Below are positions 18,294-27,919 of a stretch of 64,000 nucleotides of DNA, in pieces (the stretch's first letter is position 1; every line of letters starts with the position of its first letter). Location: positions 1 to 64,000 of IMG/VR virus record IMGVR_UViG_3300031730_000002, one strand, 5' to 3'. A program made the position numbers and the translations under genes. This DNA is from a virus. The notes beneath the pieces are model-generated. The model did no database searches, was not told the DNA's origin, and was given only the letters and a program-made list of their open reading frames with translations.

Positions 18294-18771
18294 GCTGGAT
18301 ACTTCCGGGATCGATGCGTTTCTCCTGCAGCTCAACACGCTGCAGGCGAGTTTCAACTCGCAGGTGAACGAGAGGTTTCGTCACTGGGTTGGTGTGATTT
18401 TCGAGGACATCGTGCAGCTCACTCCTCAGTGGTCAGGGAATCTCGCAGCCAACTGGTATGTGGGTGTCGACGCGCTGAGTGAAGCTGAGAATACGATACC
18501 CGAGAAGGCGATCATGTGGCCGCTCGATCTTTACGCCGCAGCGCATGAGCGTGGGGACGAGGCGGCTGTGGAAATTTCACTGCGCCGGTTTGCCGAAGAG
18601 ACGTTCAACTGGTCGGAGAGGGTCTATATTTACAACCCGACCGAGATCGCTCCCGATGTCGAGGCTCAATCCATCTACATTCGGCCGGAGAATCTGGTTG
18701 ATGGTCGTGTGCACATGATCGCGCACGCGGCCTTCTTCTACTCCAGCTACCAACCTCCAGGCTTGCAATGA
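18286..18771 (+). CDS. neck protein, HK97 gp10-like
   Basis: TPQWSGNLAANW resembles the TPVxTGxLR motif; TTG start inferred. Confidence 0.6.
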   Translation: MVELDTSGIDAFLLQLNTLQASFNSQVNERFRHWVGVIFEDIVQLTPQWSGNLAANWYVGVDALSEAENTIPEKAIMWPLDLYAAAHERGDEAAVEISLRRFAEETFNWSERVYIYNPTEIAPDVEAQSIYIRPENLVDGRVHMIAHAAFFYSSYQPPGLQ

Positions 18772-19184
18772 CTTTCGAAGCTGCACGAGTGGCGCTGGTG
18801 ACGCGGTTCGAGCTTGCGCTCGCTGCATACCCGACGACAAAACCGAAGGTGCAGTACCAAAACCGTGACCTGATCGACACCAAGGTGCAGGTCGAGCCTT
18901 GGGTTTCTTTCTCGATCGTGAATCTCACAGGCAAGCAGCTCGATCTGTCGAATAAGCCCATGAGTGGGCAATATGGCCAGATTGTGCTGGCTGCGATGGC
19001 CAGAGAGAACACCGGCAGTAGCAAGGCTAACCTGCTGCTTGACTACTTCCTGCCTTGGCTCGAATTGAAAGAGCTTGGCGTGGTACGCACCCATTCTGCG
19101 ATGGGGGCGAAGAATTTCGTGAAAGACGGCTGGGAAGGTTACCCGCTTTTGATTCCTTTCTGGTGGCTGCGAGTTGCCACTTGA
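18768..19184 (+). CDS. tail terminator protein
   Basis: 138 aa immediately before the tail tube gene. Confidence 0.6.
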   Translation: MTFEAARVALVTRFELALAAYPTTKPKVQYQNRDLIDTKVQVEPWVSFSIVNLTGKQLDLSNKPMSGQYGQIVLAAMARENTGSSKANLLLDYFLPWLELKELGVVRTHSAMGAKNFVKDGWEGYPLLIPFWWLRVAT

Positions 19185-19202
19185 CCCACCCTCGTACATA
19201 AT
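19174..19202 (+). promoter_or_regulatory. sigma70-like promoter for the tail tube gene
   Basis: TTGCCA-17 nt-CATAAT. Confidence 0.5.
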
Positions 19203-19238
19203 CGGCGCTGATCGCGCCTTCCTCATTCGGAGAAAACT

Positions 19239-20459
19239 ATGCCGACGCTTGCCTCAACCAGTCGTGTCCAGCTGGCCTACATTCTGGAGTCGGTCTTTGG
19301 CACGACGCCGGGCGCCGGCAACGGCAGCTACCTGCGTTGCACCGGGGAGTCGATGGACTTCGCGGTCACGAAAGAGACCTCCAAGGAGCTGCGCTCCGAT
19401 CGTCAGCTGTCGAGCGTTGTGCCGGTATCGGCGCAGGGATCGGGCGGCTTCAACTTCCACCTGAACTACGCCGAGTACGATCCGTTCCTGCAGTCGCTGC
19501 TGCAGAACGCGCCGACCGTGTTCGGCACCAATGGCGAGTCGGCCGGCGCATCGGTGGTGACCTTCGCTACCGGCACGCTGACCGCCAGCGTGGCGACGGC
19601 CGGCGCAGACAGCTGGGCTACCTTGCAGCTGGGCCAGTTTTTCCAGGTCAGTGCGACCGGCGACGCCAACGATCTTAAGGTGCTGCGGGTCTCGACCACC
19701 GTCGCCCCGACCACCACCGTCATCACGCTCGATGCGGGCACGCCAGCCGTCGCCAGTGTTGCAGTGGCGGGCGTCAAGCTGCGGGCCGCGCGCTTCACCA
19801 ACGGCGTGACGCAGACCAGCTTCACCATCGAGCGCCAGTCGCCCGACGTGACGCAGGTGCTGACCTACCGCGGCATGACCCCCAGCAAGATGTCGCTCAA
19901 GTTCGAGGCTGCGGCGCTGACCGATGGCTCGTTCGAGTTCATCGGCAAGGGTGCCACGCGTGGCACCGCGACGGCACTGCCCGGCACGCTGGTCGCATCG
20001 AAGACCTACGACATCCACAACGCAGCGTCCGGCATCGGCCTGGTGTGGGAAGCTGGCGTGCCGCTGGTTTCGACCTTCATCAAGAGCCTGTCGCTCGACT
20101 ACGACAACAACCACCGCGCGCAGCAAGCCATCGGCATCCTGGGTCTGGTGGGCGTCGGCTCGGGCACCATCCAGTTCAAGGCCACGATGGAGATGTACTT
20201 CGCTGACGGTGCGATGTACGACAAGTTCCTGGCCAACACCTACACCTCGCTGGCAGTGTCGTCGATCGACTCCACCGGCGCGGGCTACGTCTTCAGCTTC
20301 CCGAAGGTCAACTTCATGTCGTCGAAGATCGTCGCCGGTGCGAAGGACCAAGACCTGATGGCCAGCTTCGAAGTGATGATGGTGGCCGACGACAGCAACG
20401 CGGTTCCCGCGCTGCGCAAGACGATCTTCATCGATCGCGTCGGCCCGGCGGTTCCGTAA
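19239..20459 (+). CDS. major tail tube protein (with inserted beta domain)
   Basis: ESVFGTTP, LRCTGES, ELRSDR, SFTIER motifs; codon bias; terminator after. Confidence 0.85.
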   Translation: MPTLASTSRVQLAYILESVFGTTPGAGNGSYLRCTGESMDFAVTKETSKELRSDRQLSSVVPVSAQGSGGFNFHLNYAEYDPFLQSLLQNAPTVFGTNGESAGASVVTFATGTLTASVATAGADSWATLQLGQFFQVSATGDANDLKVLRVSTTVAPTTTVITLDAGTPAVASVAVAGVKLRAARFTNGVTQTSFTIERQSPDVTQVLTYRGMTPSKMSLKFEAAALTDGSFEFIGKGATRGTATALPGTLVASKTYDIHNAASGIGLVWEAGVPLVSTFIKSLSLDYDNNHRAQQAIGILGLVGVGSGTIQFKATMEMYFADGAMYDKFLANTYTSLAVSSIDSTGAGYVFSFPKVNFMSSKIVAGAKDQDLMASFEVMMVADDSNAVPALRKTIFIDRVGPAVP

Positions 20460-20475
20460 TCCTTGCCGGGATGAG

Positions 20476-20500
20476 GCGGGACTGCGGTCCCGCTTTTCTT
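20476..20500 (+). terminator. intrinsic terminator
   Basis: GCGGGAC-TGCG-GTCCCGC-TTTTCTT. Confidence 0.8.
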
Positions 20501-20509
20501 CCTTCACAC

Positions 20510-20537
20510 TTGACACTATTACCAACGCTGCTATATT
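20510..20537 (+). promoter_or_regulatory. sigma70-like promoter (extended -10)
   Basis: TTGACA-16 nt-TATATT with TG at the extended position. Confidence 0.55.
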
Positions 20538-20559
20538 GCAGCTTTCATCTGGAGATCTC

Positions 20560-20952
20560 ATGGACATCGGCAAAGAATTCACCACCGACCTCGGCAAAGA
20601 AGAGGACGGTGTGCCCGTTGAGTTGGGTGATGCGACGCTGATCATCGCGCGCACCTCGACCGACGCCTACGAAAAGATGGTCGACAGTCTGTTCAAGAAG
20701 CACAAGAAGGTGCTCGACATGAAGAACAAGGCCTCGAAGACCCTCTCCGACAATCTGATGGCTGAAGTCGTTGGCAGCACGGTACTGAAGGGCTGGAGTG
20801 GCGTGACCGAGAACGGCGTCGAGTTGCCCTTCAGCAAAGAGAATGCGATTCGCCTGAGCCGCATCAAGGACTTCCGGGCCTTCGTGATGTCGAAGGCCAG
20901 TGACTTCGAGCTGTACAAGCTGGCAGTCGAGGAAGAAGTCACGGGAAACTGA
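20560..20952 (+). CDS. tail assembly chaperone (gpG-like)
   Basis: Between tail tube and tape measure; VLKGWSGV motif; ends at a slippery site. Confidence 0.85.
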   Translation: MDIGKEFTTDLGKEEDGVPVELGDATLIIARTSTDAYEKMVDSLFKKHKKVLDMKNKASKTLSDNLMAEVVGSTVLKGWSGVTENGVELPFSKENAIRLSRIKDFRAFVMSKASDFELYKLAVEEEVTGN

Positions 20953-21341
20953 TCGAGTGCCTCCAGTGGCAGGTGGTGTGGGGGCACCAGATCGAGTACC
21001 TCGAAGGGCTCGAAGAGAAGCTCGGGATCACCCCGAAAGCGTTGCTGAATCGCCCCGAGCCTCACCAGCTCGGCGGTCGGCTTTATAGCGGCTTCAACGC
21101 CCTCTCGTCCAGCCGTGGGTACGGCATGGGCGGGCCACTTGCGATCACGATCGAGGCCATCTTTGCTTACTGCCAGATGTTCGAGATCGGCAGCCCTGAT
21201 GAACGTCTGACATTCCTTCGGGCTGTGCAGCGTCTTGATGCTGCCTACCTGGCTGCAGTGGCTGCTCGTGCTGACAACCCTACTGGGGCTGCAGTTGTCG
21301 ACCAAGGCATTCCCCTCGACAATCCAGCATCAAAGGGGTAA
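20943..21341 (+). CDS. gpT-like frame reached by -1 programmed frameshift at G GGA AAC (20943-20949)
   Basis: X XXY YYZ heptamer just before the TGA; the -1 frame reads KLIECLQWQVVWGHQ... into ORF 20973-21341. Confidence 0.8.
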   Translation, partial: GKLIECLQWQVVWGHQIEYLEGLEEKLGITPKALLNRPEPHQLGGRLYSGFNALSSSRGYGMGGPLAITIEAIFAYCQMFEIGSPDERLTFLRAVQRLDAAYLAAVAARADNPTGAAVVDQGIPLDNPASKG

Positions 21342-21347
21342 GAGCAC

Positions 21348-24300
21348 ATGGGTCCGTCACTCGCGCTAGGCGTAAACGCAAAGGGCCAAGAAACTCTCGT
21401 CGGGCTTAACGAGCAGCTGGCCCTGCTTCGCGCCAATCTCGCAGCTCTGAAAGGCTCCGGGAAAGCAGACCTCTCCGGTCTGTCGAGTGCCGCCGCAGAG
21501 ATCAAGAAGTTTCGTAGCGAGTTCGCAGACTCAAACGCAGGTCTGCGCACGTCATTCGCCGAGCTTGCCGAAGCGATCAAGGGCGGTTTCAGCAAGGTCT
21601 CCAGCGAAGCCGAGACATCAGGCAAGAAGACCCGCAGCATCGTCTCGAAAGAGCGTGCCGGCCTGCAGGCTGAGTACGAGAAGTACCTTGCCGATGGCGT
21701 CAAGTTCACCGACGCTCAACTGCAACAGATGAAGGACTCAGGTATTCGGCTTGTGGCTGCTCAAGCTGCGATGCTGAAGGCCCGACAAGTCGCTGCGCCG
21801 GCCAACAAGCAGATCCTCAGTGGCGGGGACTTCACCAATCCGCGCCCGCCGTCAGCCAAGGACACCGAGATCGAGGCGGCGTGGGCCGCCTACTCGAAGT
21901 CGACTGCTGACAGCGTTGCTGCCAGCAAGGCCTCCGCGTGGGTGCGCGCCGAGAGTGCGGCCAACACCGAGATCTCGGCAGCGATGGTGCAGTCCGACAG
22001 GGGCTTTGCTGAGCTGGCCAAGCAGTCAGCCGCGCGGCGTGTCGCTGCGGCTGAAGCGGCAGCTGCGGTGGAATCCAAGGGCATCGCTGCGGCAGAGGCG
22101 TTCGCCACCAAGCAGATCCTTGCCGATCGAGCTGAGGCCGACGCGCGGTACGCCGCCGGCCTGAAGGCGTCGAGCGACATCCGGCAGGCTGCGCAGACCA
22201 AGGCCCGTCAGGAGGACGCCGCGTGGGCCAGCCGTGCCCCGAAGTCGGGCATCAACGATGCGTGGGACAAGATCGAGAAGGATCGGGCCACGCAGCAGGT
22301 CTCCAGCTTCAAGCAGGCCAACCAGGGCTTCAAGGCTATCGAGATGGCTGCCGCGGCCGAGCGCGTCGCCGCGCACGAGAGCAGCGTTGCTGCTGAGGTG
22401 GCTGGCATCAAGGCAGCCGACGCCTTCGCCCATGCCGACATGCAGCGCCGGCACGCCAACAACGTGAAGGCAGCGAAAGAGTACGCCGACACCCAAGCTG
22501 AGGTGCAGGCGCTGCGTGAGCGCGATCAGAAGCTCGATGCCGCCTTCGCAGCATCGAACGAGCGGGCTCGCGCCCGCACGTTGGTGGGTGCGCGGGCCCA
22601 GCTCGACCAAGGCCTGCCGGTGGCCACGGTGCAGCAGAACTTCGGTGGGCAGGCCACGGGCCTTGCCCAAGCTGCAACAAGCCTGAAGAGCCTGCAGGCC
22701 GAGCTTGCGACGGCGCCCACCAAGACCAAGATCATGTCCGCGGCGCTCAACGACCTGCACAGCGCGGCGCGCGGGGTTGCATCGGGCTTTGGCGCCATGT
22801 TCCTGACGTGGGGCAACATCGCCCCGCTGCTGGCCGGCGCGGCGCTGTCCAACGCCTTCGTGCAGACCGTCAAGCTGGGCTCGGCGGTCCAGCAGACCCT
22901 CGCGATCATCAAGGAGCTGGGCGGCAATACTGTGGCCGAGGTTGGCCAGGTGAAGGCCACGTTGCTCGACCTCGCTGCAGCGGGTCCGTATGGGCCGCGC
23001 GAGATCGCGGAAGCGTTCAAGACGCTGTCACTCGCTGGTCTCGATGCGAAGCAGCAAGTTGCGGCAATCAAGGATGTCTTGAACTTCTCGGTTGCTGGTG
23101 ACCTCGGGATCGAGAAGGCCGCCGAGTCTTTGGTGACCATCGGTACTGCCTTCAAGTACACCGCAGACAACTACAACCGAGTTGGCGATGTCATCGCCAA
23201 GACTGCGGCTGTGTCTGTGGCCAGCGTTGAAGGCACGGCCAAGGCATTCGCCACTGCATCACCACTTGCGGAACAGTATGGCATCTCGCTTGAAGATGTT
23301 GCTGTGCAGGTTGCACTGCTGAGCAACATCGGCATCAAGAACACTGCGGCCGGTACTTCGATTCGTAACTTCTACCAGCAGATCTTGGCCGAGACGCCCA
23401 AGGTCGTGAACGCGCTCAAGCAGTTGAAGTTTGATCCGCGCGACGCACAAGGCAATGTGAAGGAGTCTGTCCAGCTTGTGACCGAGCTGGCAGCTGCACT
23501 GAACAAGCTGGATAACCGCGGTCGGCAGAATGCCATTGCGCAGATCACCAACGAGCGAGGCAATAAGGATGTCGCCTCGTTGCTCGATGCTGTCAACAAG
23601 ACAGTTGAGGTGAAGCAAGCAGACGGTACTGTCCAGATTTTGTCTGGCCTTCAGGCCGCCAAGCGAGCGATCGTTGATGCTGCAGGCTTCGCTTCGATCG
23701 CAGCAGCGAACATGTCGTTGACGACATCCAATCAGATTAAGGGCGTCTTCTCCGCTTTGCAGGGCTCGTTGCTGACTGCCTTCGATGAGATCGAGCCCTC
23801 GGTCCTGAAGGTTGCAGTTACTCTCAAGCAAGCGTTCAACTCCGACGACTTCAAATCGGCAGTGCAGGGTCTGGCCAGCACGGTGGCCAACCTGACGGTG
23901 TTCCTTGTTGAGCACGCTGCGGCTATTGGTGGGGTGATCGCCGCCTACATCGCCTTCAAGGGTGCGATGGCGGGTGTGGCAATCGCCACTGGTGTGCTCG
24001 CAGGTGTCACTACGCTGACCACCGCATACCGCGCAATGAAGGTTGAGGTGGCTGCCACCGCGCTGATCTGGCCTGTGCTCAGTACCGGAATGGCTGCGAC
24101 TACCGGTGTGACTGTGGCGAACACTGCAGCGACTGCCGGCAACACCATCGCGCAAGAGGCATCGGCCATTGCTACCACAGCAGCAGGTGTTGCTTCGCGC
24201 GGAGCAGCTACCGGATTTGCGCTGATGCGTGCTGCACTCGGCCCGATCGCCTTCCTGCTTGGCGGCATCGTGACCCTGTGGATGCTCTACAAGAGCACGA

Positions 24301-26510
24301 CCGCGAGCGCTAACGTGACTTCGGCTGAGGCCGCGGACATCACCGGACGCTTGCAGGTGGAGGCGCTGGAGAAGGAGCACAAGCGCCTCAAAGAGCGCAA
24401 CGACATGATCGAGGCCGGCACGGAAGCGCGCAAGGCCGACATGAACATTCAGAACGCGCAGGTGCTGGCTGAGCTGAGTGCTCAGCAGATCCGCGCGAAG
24501 AATGATGTGCAGAGCCAGGCTGATGCGGCGAAGAAGCGGCTCACTCAGGCTGAGGGTCTGAGCAACGTTCCAGGCGCAGGGCCGGAGGCCGAGTACCTTG
24601 CGCAGAACGACATCAACAAGGCCGCAGAAGACTACCGGAAGGCACAAGCCGCGGTGCTGGCACTTGAGCAGCAACAGACTGCCCAGCTTGGGCTGGTTCG
24701 TGCTGCTCAGCGCGGCATCATGGAAGAGAGCCAGCGCCAGGAAGATCGTCGGCTGAAGGAAGCTGCGGACTCTCGCCGCACGCCAGGGACAACTCCCTTC
24801 GTTAAGGTCAAGCCAGATCTGACTGCTTTTTCTGGCGCCAAGCGTGAGTTCCAAGAAGAAGAGCAGATGATCGCTAAGCGCTTTGGCGATCAGCAGAAGC
24901 TGCTCGACCTGAGCAACAAGAACAAGCTGATCAGCGATGCGGCTTACGCATTTCAGTCGGAGCAGATCGCTGACGCGCAGTACAAGGCGCAGGTCGCCGC
25001 GCTCGAACGCTATATCAGCGAGTCCGAAGGACTCATTGCAGCAATGCGCGCCAAGAACAAGGGCGGCAAGGCTGACGCAGAAGAGACCAGTCAATCGAAC
25101 CTGTCGAAGAAGTACAAGGAACAGCTTGAGTTCTTGAAGGCTGAGGCCGCGCTGAAGAAGCAAGGTGGCGAGCGCAAGATCGATGACTCCTTTGACAAGG
25201 AGACTGCCAAGATCGATCAAGCTGTGACCTTGGCAAAAGCTCAGCAGCAGATCGCGCAAGATACAGCCAACTTGACCGAGCGGCAGGTCGCCTACTACAC
25301 GGCTGAGAACGCCGCACTTGCGACGAGCAATGAGTTTTTGCGCGAGAAGCGCACGATCCTGACACAGTTGCAGGATGAGATCGCTCGCGCATCTGACACC
25401 AGTCAAGGCCCGGTCGATGACCCTTATGTTGCTTATCTTCAGAAGCGTGCTGACACACTGCAGGAGCAAGTGGACAAATTCACTGTCGCCCGCAACAAGG
25501 ACGCCGCCGCTCTCGGCCAGATCGCGGCTGACAACGCACAGCCCAACTGGGAGAAGATGCTCAACGGGTTCAAGAACGTTGTGCAGCAGATGGAGTCGGC
25601 CTACAACGAAGTGGTCGAAGGCTTCGTCACGAAGGGGCAGGACATCTTCGCGGATATCGTGAAGAACGGGAAGTTCTCATTGAAGAGTCTTCTCGATGTG
25701 ATCGAGAACGCGCTGATCAAAGAGGTCTATCAGACTCAGATCGCGCCGCTCTTCGCTGACATGGGTAAGGCAGTGGCTGGTGCGATCTTTCCGCAAGGCG
25801 GCAAGAACCCCAACTACAGCAACGAAGGCAACAACTACAAGATCGGCAGTGTTGACACGGCAGCGTCTAACACATCAAGCGCGTTCACGTCTCTGCAGAC
25901 CACTGGCATCACGCCCACGACCTCAGCTTTCGGCACACTCAAGCTGGCTCTCGATGCCGCGGCTGCGGCTGCCTACCGCTTGGCGAATAGCGGCGGTGGC
26001 GGTGGCTATGGTGGGTTGGGCAAAGTCACCGGTAGTGGCGGCAGCAGCGGTGGTGGAGTTGATCCTGGTGGTGATGGCGGCTACACGGACTACTACTCTG
26101 CGAAGGGGAATGTCTTTGGCTTTGCCAGGGGCGGAGCCTTCACCAACTCGATCGTGACCGAGCGCACGCCGTTCCATTTTGCTCGCGGAGGCAAGTTTAG
26201 TCGCGGCGAGATGGGCGAAGCTGGCCCCGAGGCTGTCATGCCTCTGAAGCGAGGCGCCAACGGTGCGCTCGGCGTGGCGATGATGGGTGGTGGTGGCGGC
26301 AACAACACGTCGGTCGAGGTGCACAACTACGGCGACAGCAAGGCACGCACCGAAGAGAAGAAGAATCCGGATGGCAGCAAGATCATTCGGGTGATCATCG
26401 ATCAGACGAAGCGCGAGGTTGCAGGTGACATTCAGCGCGGGGGGCAGATTGGTGACGCGGTCGAGACCCAGTACGGCATGAATCGGGCTAACGGCTTGCC
26501 GCGTCGCTGA
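21348..26510 (+). CDS. tail tape measure protein, 1720 aa
   Basis: Ala-rich helical; TP901-type core (AGTSIRN); C-terminal MGEAGPEAVMPL motif. Confidence 0.95.
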   Translation: MGPSLALGVNAKGQETLVGLNEQLALLRANLAALKGSGKADLSGLSSAAAEIKKFRSEFADSNAGLRTSFAELAEAIKGGFSKVSSEAETSGKKTRSIVSKERAGLQAEYEKYLADGVKFTDAQLQQMKDSGIRLVAAQAAMLKARQVAAPANKQILSGGDFTNPRPPSAKDTEIEAAWAAYSKSTADSVAASKASAWVRAESAANTEISAAMVQSDRGFAELAKQSAARRVAAAEAAAAVESKGIAAAEAFATKQILADRAEADARYAAGLKASSDIRQAAQTKARQEDAAWASRAPKSGINDAWDKIEKDRATQQVSSFKQANQGFKAIEMAAAAERVAAHESSVAAEVAGIKAADAFAHADMQRRHANNVKAAKEYADTQAEVQALRERDQKLDAAFAASNERARARTLVGARAQLDQGLPVATVQQNFGGQATGLAQAATSLKSLQAELATAPTKTKIMSAALNDLHSAARGVASGFGAMFLTWGNIAPLLAGAALSNAFVQTVKLGSAVQQTLAIIKELGGNTVAEVGQVKATLLDLAAAGPYGPREIAEAFKTLSLAGLDAKQQVAAIKDVLNFSVAGDLGIEKAAESLVTIGTAFKYTADNYNRVGDVIAKTAAVSVASVEGTAKAFATASPLAEQYGISLEDVAVQVALLSNIGIKNTAAGTSIRNFYQQILAETPKVVNALKQLKFDPRDAQGNVKESVQLVTELAAALNKLDNRGRQNAIAQITNERGNKDVASLLDAVNKTVEVKQADGTVQILSGLQAAKRAIVDAAGFASIAAANMSLTTSNQIKGVFSALQGSLLTAFDEIEPSVLKVAVTLKQAFNSDDFKSAVQGLASTVANLTVFLVEHAAAIGGVIAAYIAFKGAMAGVAIATGVLAGVTTLTTAYRAMKVEVAATALIWPVLSTGMAATTGVTVANTAATAGNTIAQEASAIATTAAGVASRGAATGFALMRAALGPIAFLLGGIVTLWMLYKSTTASANVTSAEAADITGRLQVEALEKEHKRLKERNDMIEAGTEARKADMNIQNAQVLAELSAQQIRAKNDVQSQADAAKKRLTQAEGLSNVPGAGPEAEYLAQNDINKAAEDYRKAQAAVLALEQQQTAQLGLVRAAQRGIMEESQRQEDRRLKEAADSRRTPGTTPFVKVKPDLTAFSGAKREFQEEEQMIAKRFGDQQKLLDLSNKNKLISDAAYAFQSEQIADAQYKAQVAALERYISESEGLIAAMRAKNKGGKADAEETSQSNLSKKYKEQLEFLKAEAALKKQGGERKIDDSFDKETAKIDQAVTLAKAQQQIAQDTANLTERQVAYYTAENAALATSNEFLREKRTILTQLQDEIARASDTSQGPVDDPYVAYLQKRADTLQEQVDKFTVARNKDAAALGQIAADNAQPNWEKMLNGFKNVVQQMESAYNEVVEGFVTKGQDIFADIVKNGKFSLKSLLDVIENALIKEVYQTQIAPLFADMGKAVAGAIFPQGGKNPNYSNEGNNYKIGSVDTAASNTSSAFTSLQTTGITPTTSAFGTLKLALDAAAAAAYRLANSGGGGGYGGLGKVTGSGGSSGGGVDPGGDGGYTDYYSAKGNVFGFARGGAFTNSIVTERTPFHFARGGKFSRGEMGEAGPEAVMPLKRGANGALGVAMMGGGGGNNTSVEVHNYGDSKARTEEKKNPDGSKIIRVIIDQTKREVAGDIQRGGQIGDAVETQYGMNRANGLPRR

Positions 26511-27370
26511 TGGCACTCCCGCAAATCCTTTTGCCCTACGGGACGCCACCGTTCCTGCGGGATACGCACGAGCTTGAGACGATCTCGCTCTATGCGAACA
26601 CACAGGTGCAGACCGGTGCGGCGATCCGTCGTCGCATGTGGGTCAGCGCACCGCGGTATGCCAATGTGGTGCTTGAGCTGAGCACGCCGCTGATGGAGGA
26701 CTTCGATGAGTTCTACGAAGAGACGCTGGGCGGTGGTGTCAAGAAGTTCTCTGCGCAGGTCCAGAACCAGGGACCAGGTCTTCTGTGGTGGTCGTGCCGT
26801 TTCTTCGAGCCTTACACGGTCGAGTATCTCGGCGGCCTTTGGTGGCGTGTCTCGGCCAAGCTGATCTTGTTCGATGAGGGCAGCGAGGATGGTCCGGAAC
26901 CTACAACGCTGGTTGGTAGTGTTCGTGTTGATCTACAGGCTACTGCTTTGCTGGTGGTCGAGCAGCCGTTGAGCGGTAGCGTGACGATCGCACTTGAGTT
27001 CAATCCAAACATAACTGCCTTGTCAGGTTCGGTCGTCGCTGCGCTGGAATATGCAACCTACTTTGGACCGGCACCTGTCGGATCTGCTGCAGGTACATCG
27101 ACAGTGTTGGGTGTCAAAGCTGGTCCTTTGGTTGCTGCGGCTGCAGGCACATCGACTGCATCTGCAGTCGGTCGAGGTGTTGCTTCGACGGTGGGGTCTT
27201 CGGCAGGTGCTGCCGTGGCCAGTGGGGTTGGGGGCAGCAATGTTGGTGTTGGATCTGCGGCAGGCACATCGACTGCCAACGCTGTTGGGCCGGCTGAGTA
27301 CTTGCTGCTCGAAGACGGAGTTAGCTACTTGCTGCTCGAAGACGGCGTTTCAAAACTGATTTTGGGGTAA
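26510..27370 (+). CDS. distal-tail (Dit-like) protein 1 with C-terminal repeat arm
   Basis: FDEFYEETLGGG...CRFFEPY...WRVSAKL; then 3 LxGSV repeats, 4 AAGTST-type repeats and YLLLEDGVS x2. Confidence 0.65.
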   Translation: MALPQILLPYGTPPFLRDTHELETISLYANTQVQTGAAIRRRMWVSAPRYANVVLELSTPLMEDFDEFYEETLGGGVKKFSAQVQNQGPGLLWWSCRFFEPYTVEYLGGLWWRVSAKLILFDEGSEDGPEPTTLVGSVRVDLQATALLVVEQPLSGSVTIALEFNPNITALSGSVVAALEYATYFGPAPVGSAAGTSTVLGVKAGPLVAAAAGTSTASAVGRGVASTVGSSAGAAVASGVGGSNVGVGSAAGTSTANAVGPAEYLLLEDGVSYLLLEDGVSKLILG

Positions 27371-27373
27371 GCA

Positions 27374-27919
27374 ATGGCTGATACGAAACTCACAGACCTG
27401 ACCGCGATCACCAGCACGGACGGCTCTGAAGCTCTGTATGCGGTGAAGGGTGGAGTACCAGGGTCGCTCAATATCGATGTGATCTGCAATCGTGCAGTAG
27501 CGCTTGTGCCTGCAGCGCCTGAGAGCATGTACTACTTCGGCACTACGACTGATGCCACACCAACTGACCTGACAAACGACGGCACAGGCAGTTTTTCCGG
27601 CTCTAACGGTCTGCTTTTGGATTTTGGTGCTGGCCCCGGTGTCGTTGGGTATGAGGCGATGCTGGTCGCGCACTCGACAAGTGGTGAGCATCTCTTCTCG
27701 ACCACGAAGAATGTGGCCAGCTATGACCTGAGCGGGCCTACGGCAGCCTTGCTTGGAACGGACACCTTCACGGTCGTTGATGATTCTGCCGGGGCGTCTG
27801 CTTGGGTCGTGACTACGGTCGTCGACCCCACCACGATGTATCTGTACTTCCAGGTGACCGGAGACATTGGCACCACGATCACATGGGGCCTGCGCCTCAC
27901 GCCTGTGCGCCTGCAATGA
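27374..27919 (+). CDS. tail fibre/tip accessory protein, 181 aa
   Basis: MADTKLTDLTA N-terminus typical of fibre proteins; beta-rich. Confidence 0.55.
   Translation: MADTKLTDLTAITSTDGSEALYAVKGGVPGSLNIDVICNRAVALVPAAPESMYYFGTTTDATPTDLTNDGTGSFSGSNGLLLDFGAGPGVVGYEAMLVAHSTSGEHLFSTTKNVASYDLSGPTAALLGTDTFTVVDDSAGASAWVVTTVVDPTTMYLYFQVTGDIGTTITWGLRLTPVRLQ

Noticed and set aside
23259-25469. Long antisense ORFs (736 aa here; also 19254-20654, 15335-16594, 14141-15319, 6036-7196, 51193-52323, 43035-44084)
   Set aside because: These are shadows of GC-rich codon bias opposite well-supported genes, with no motifs or RBS.
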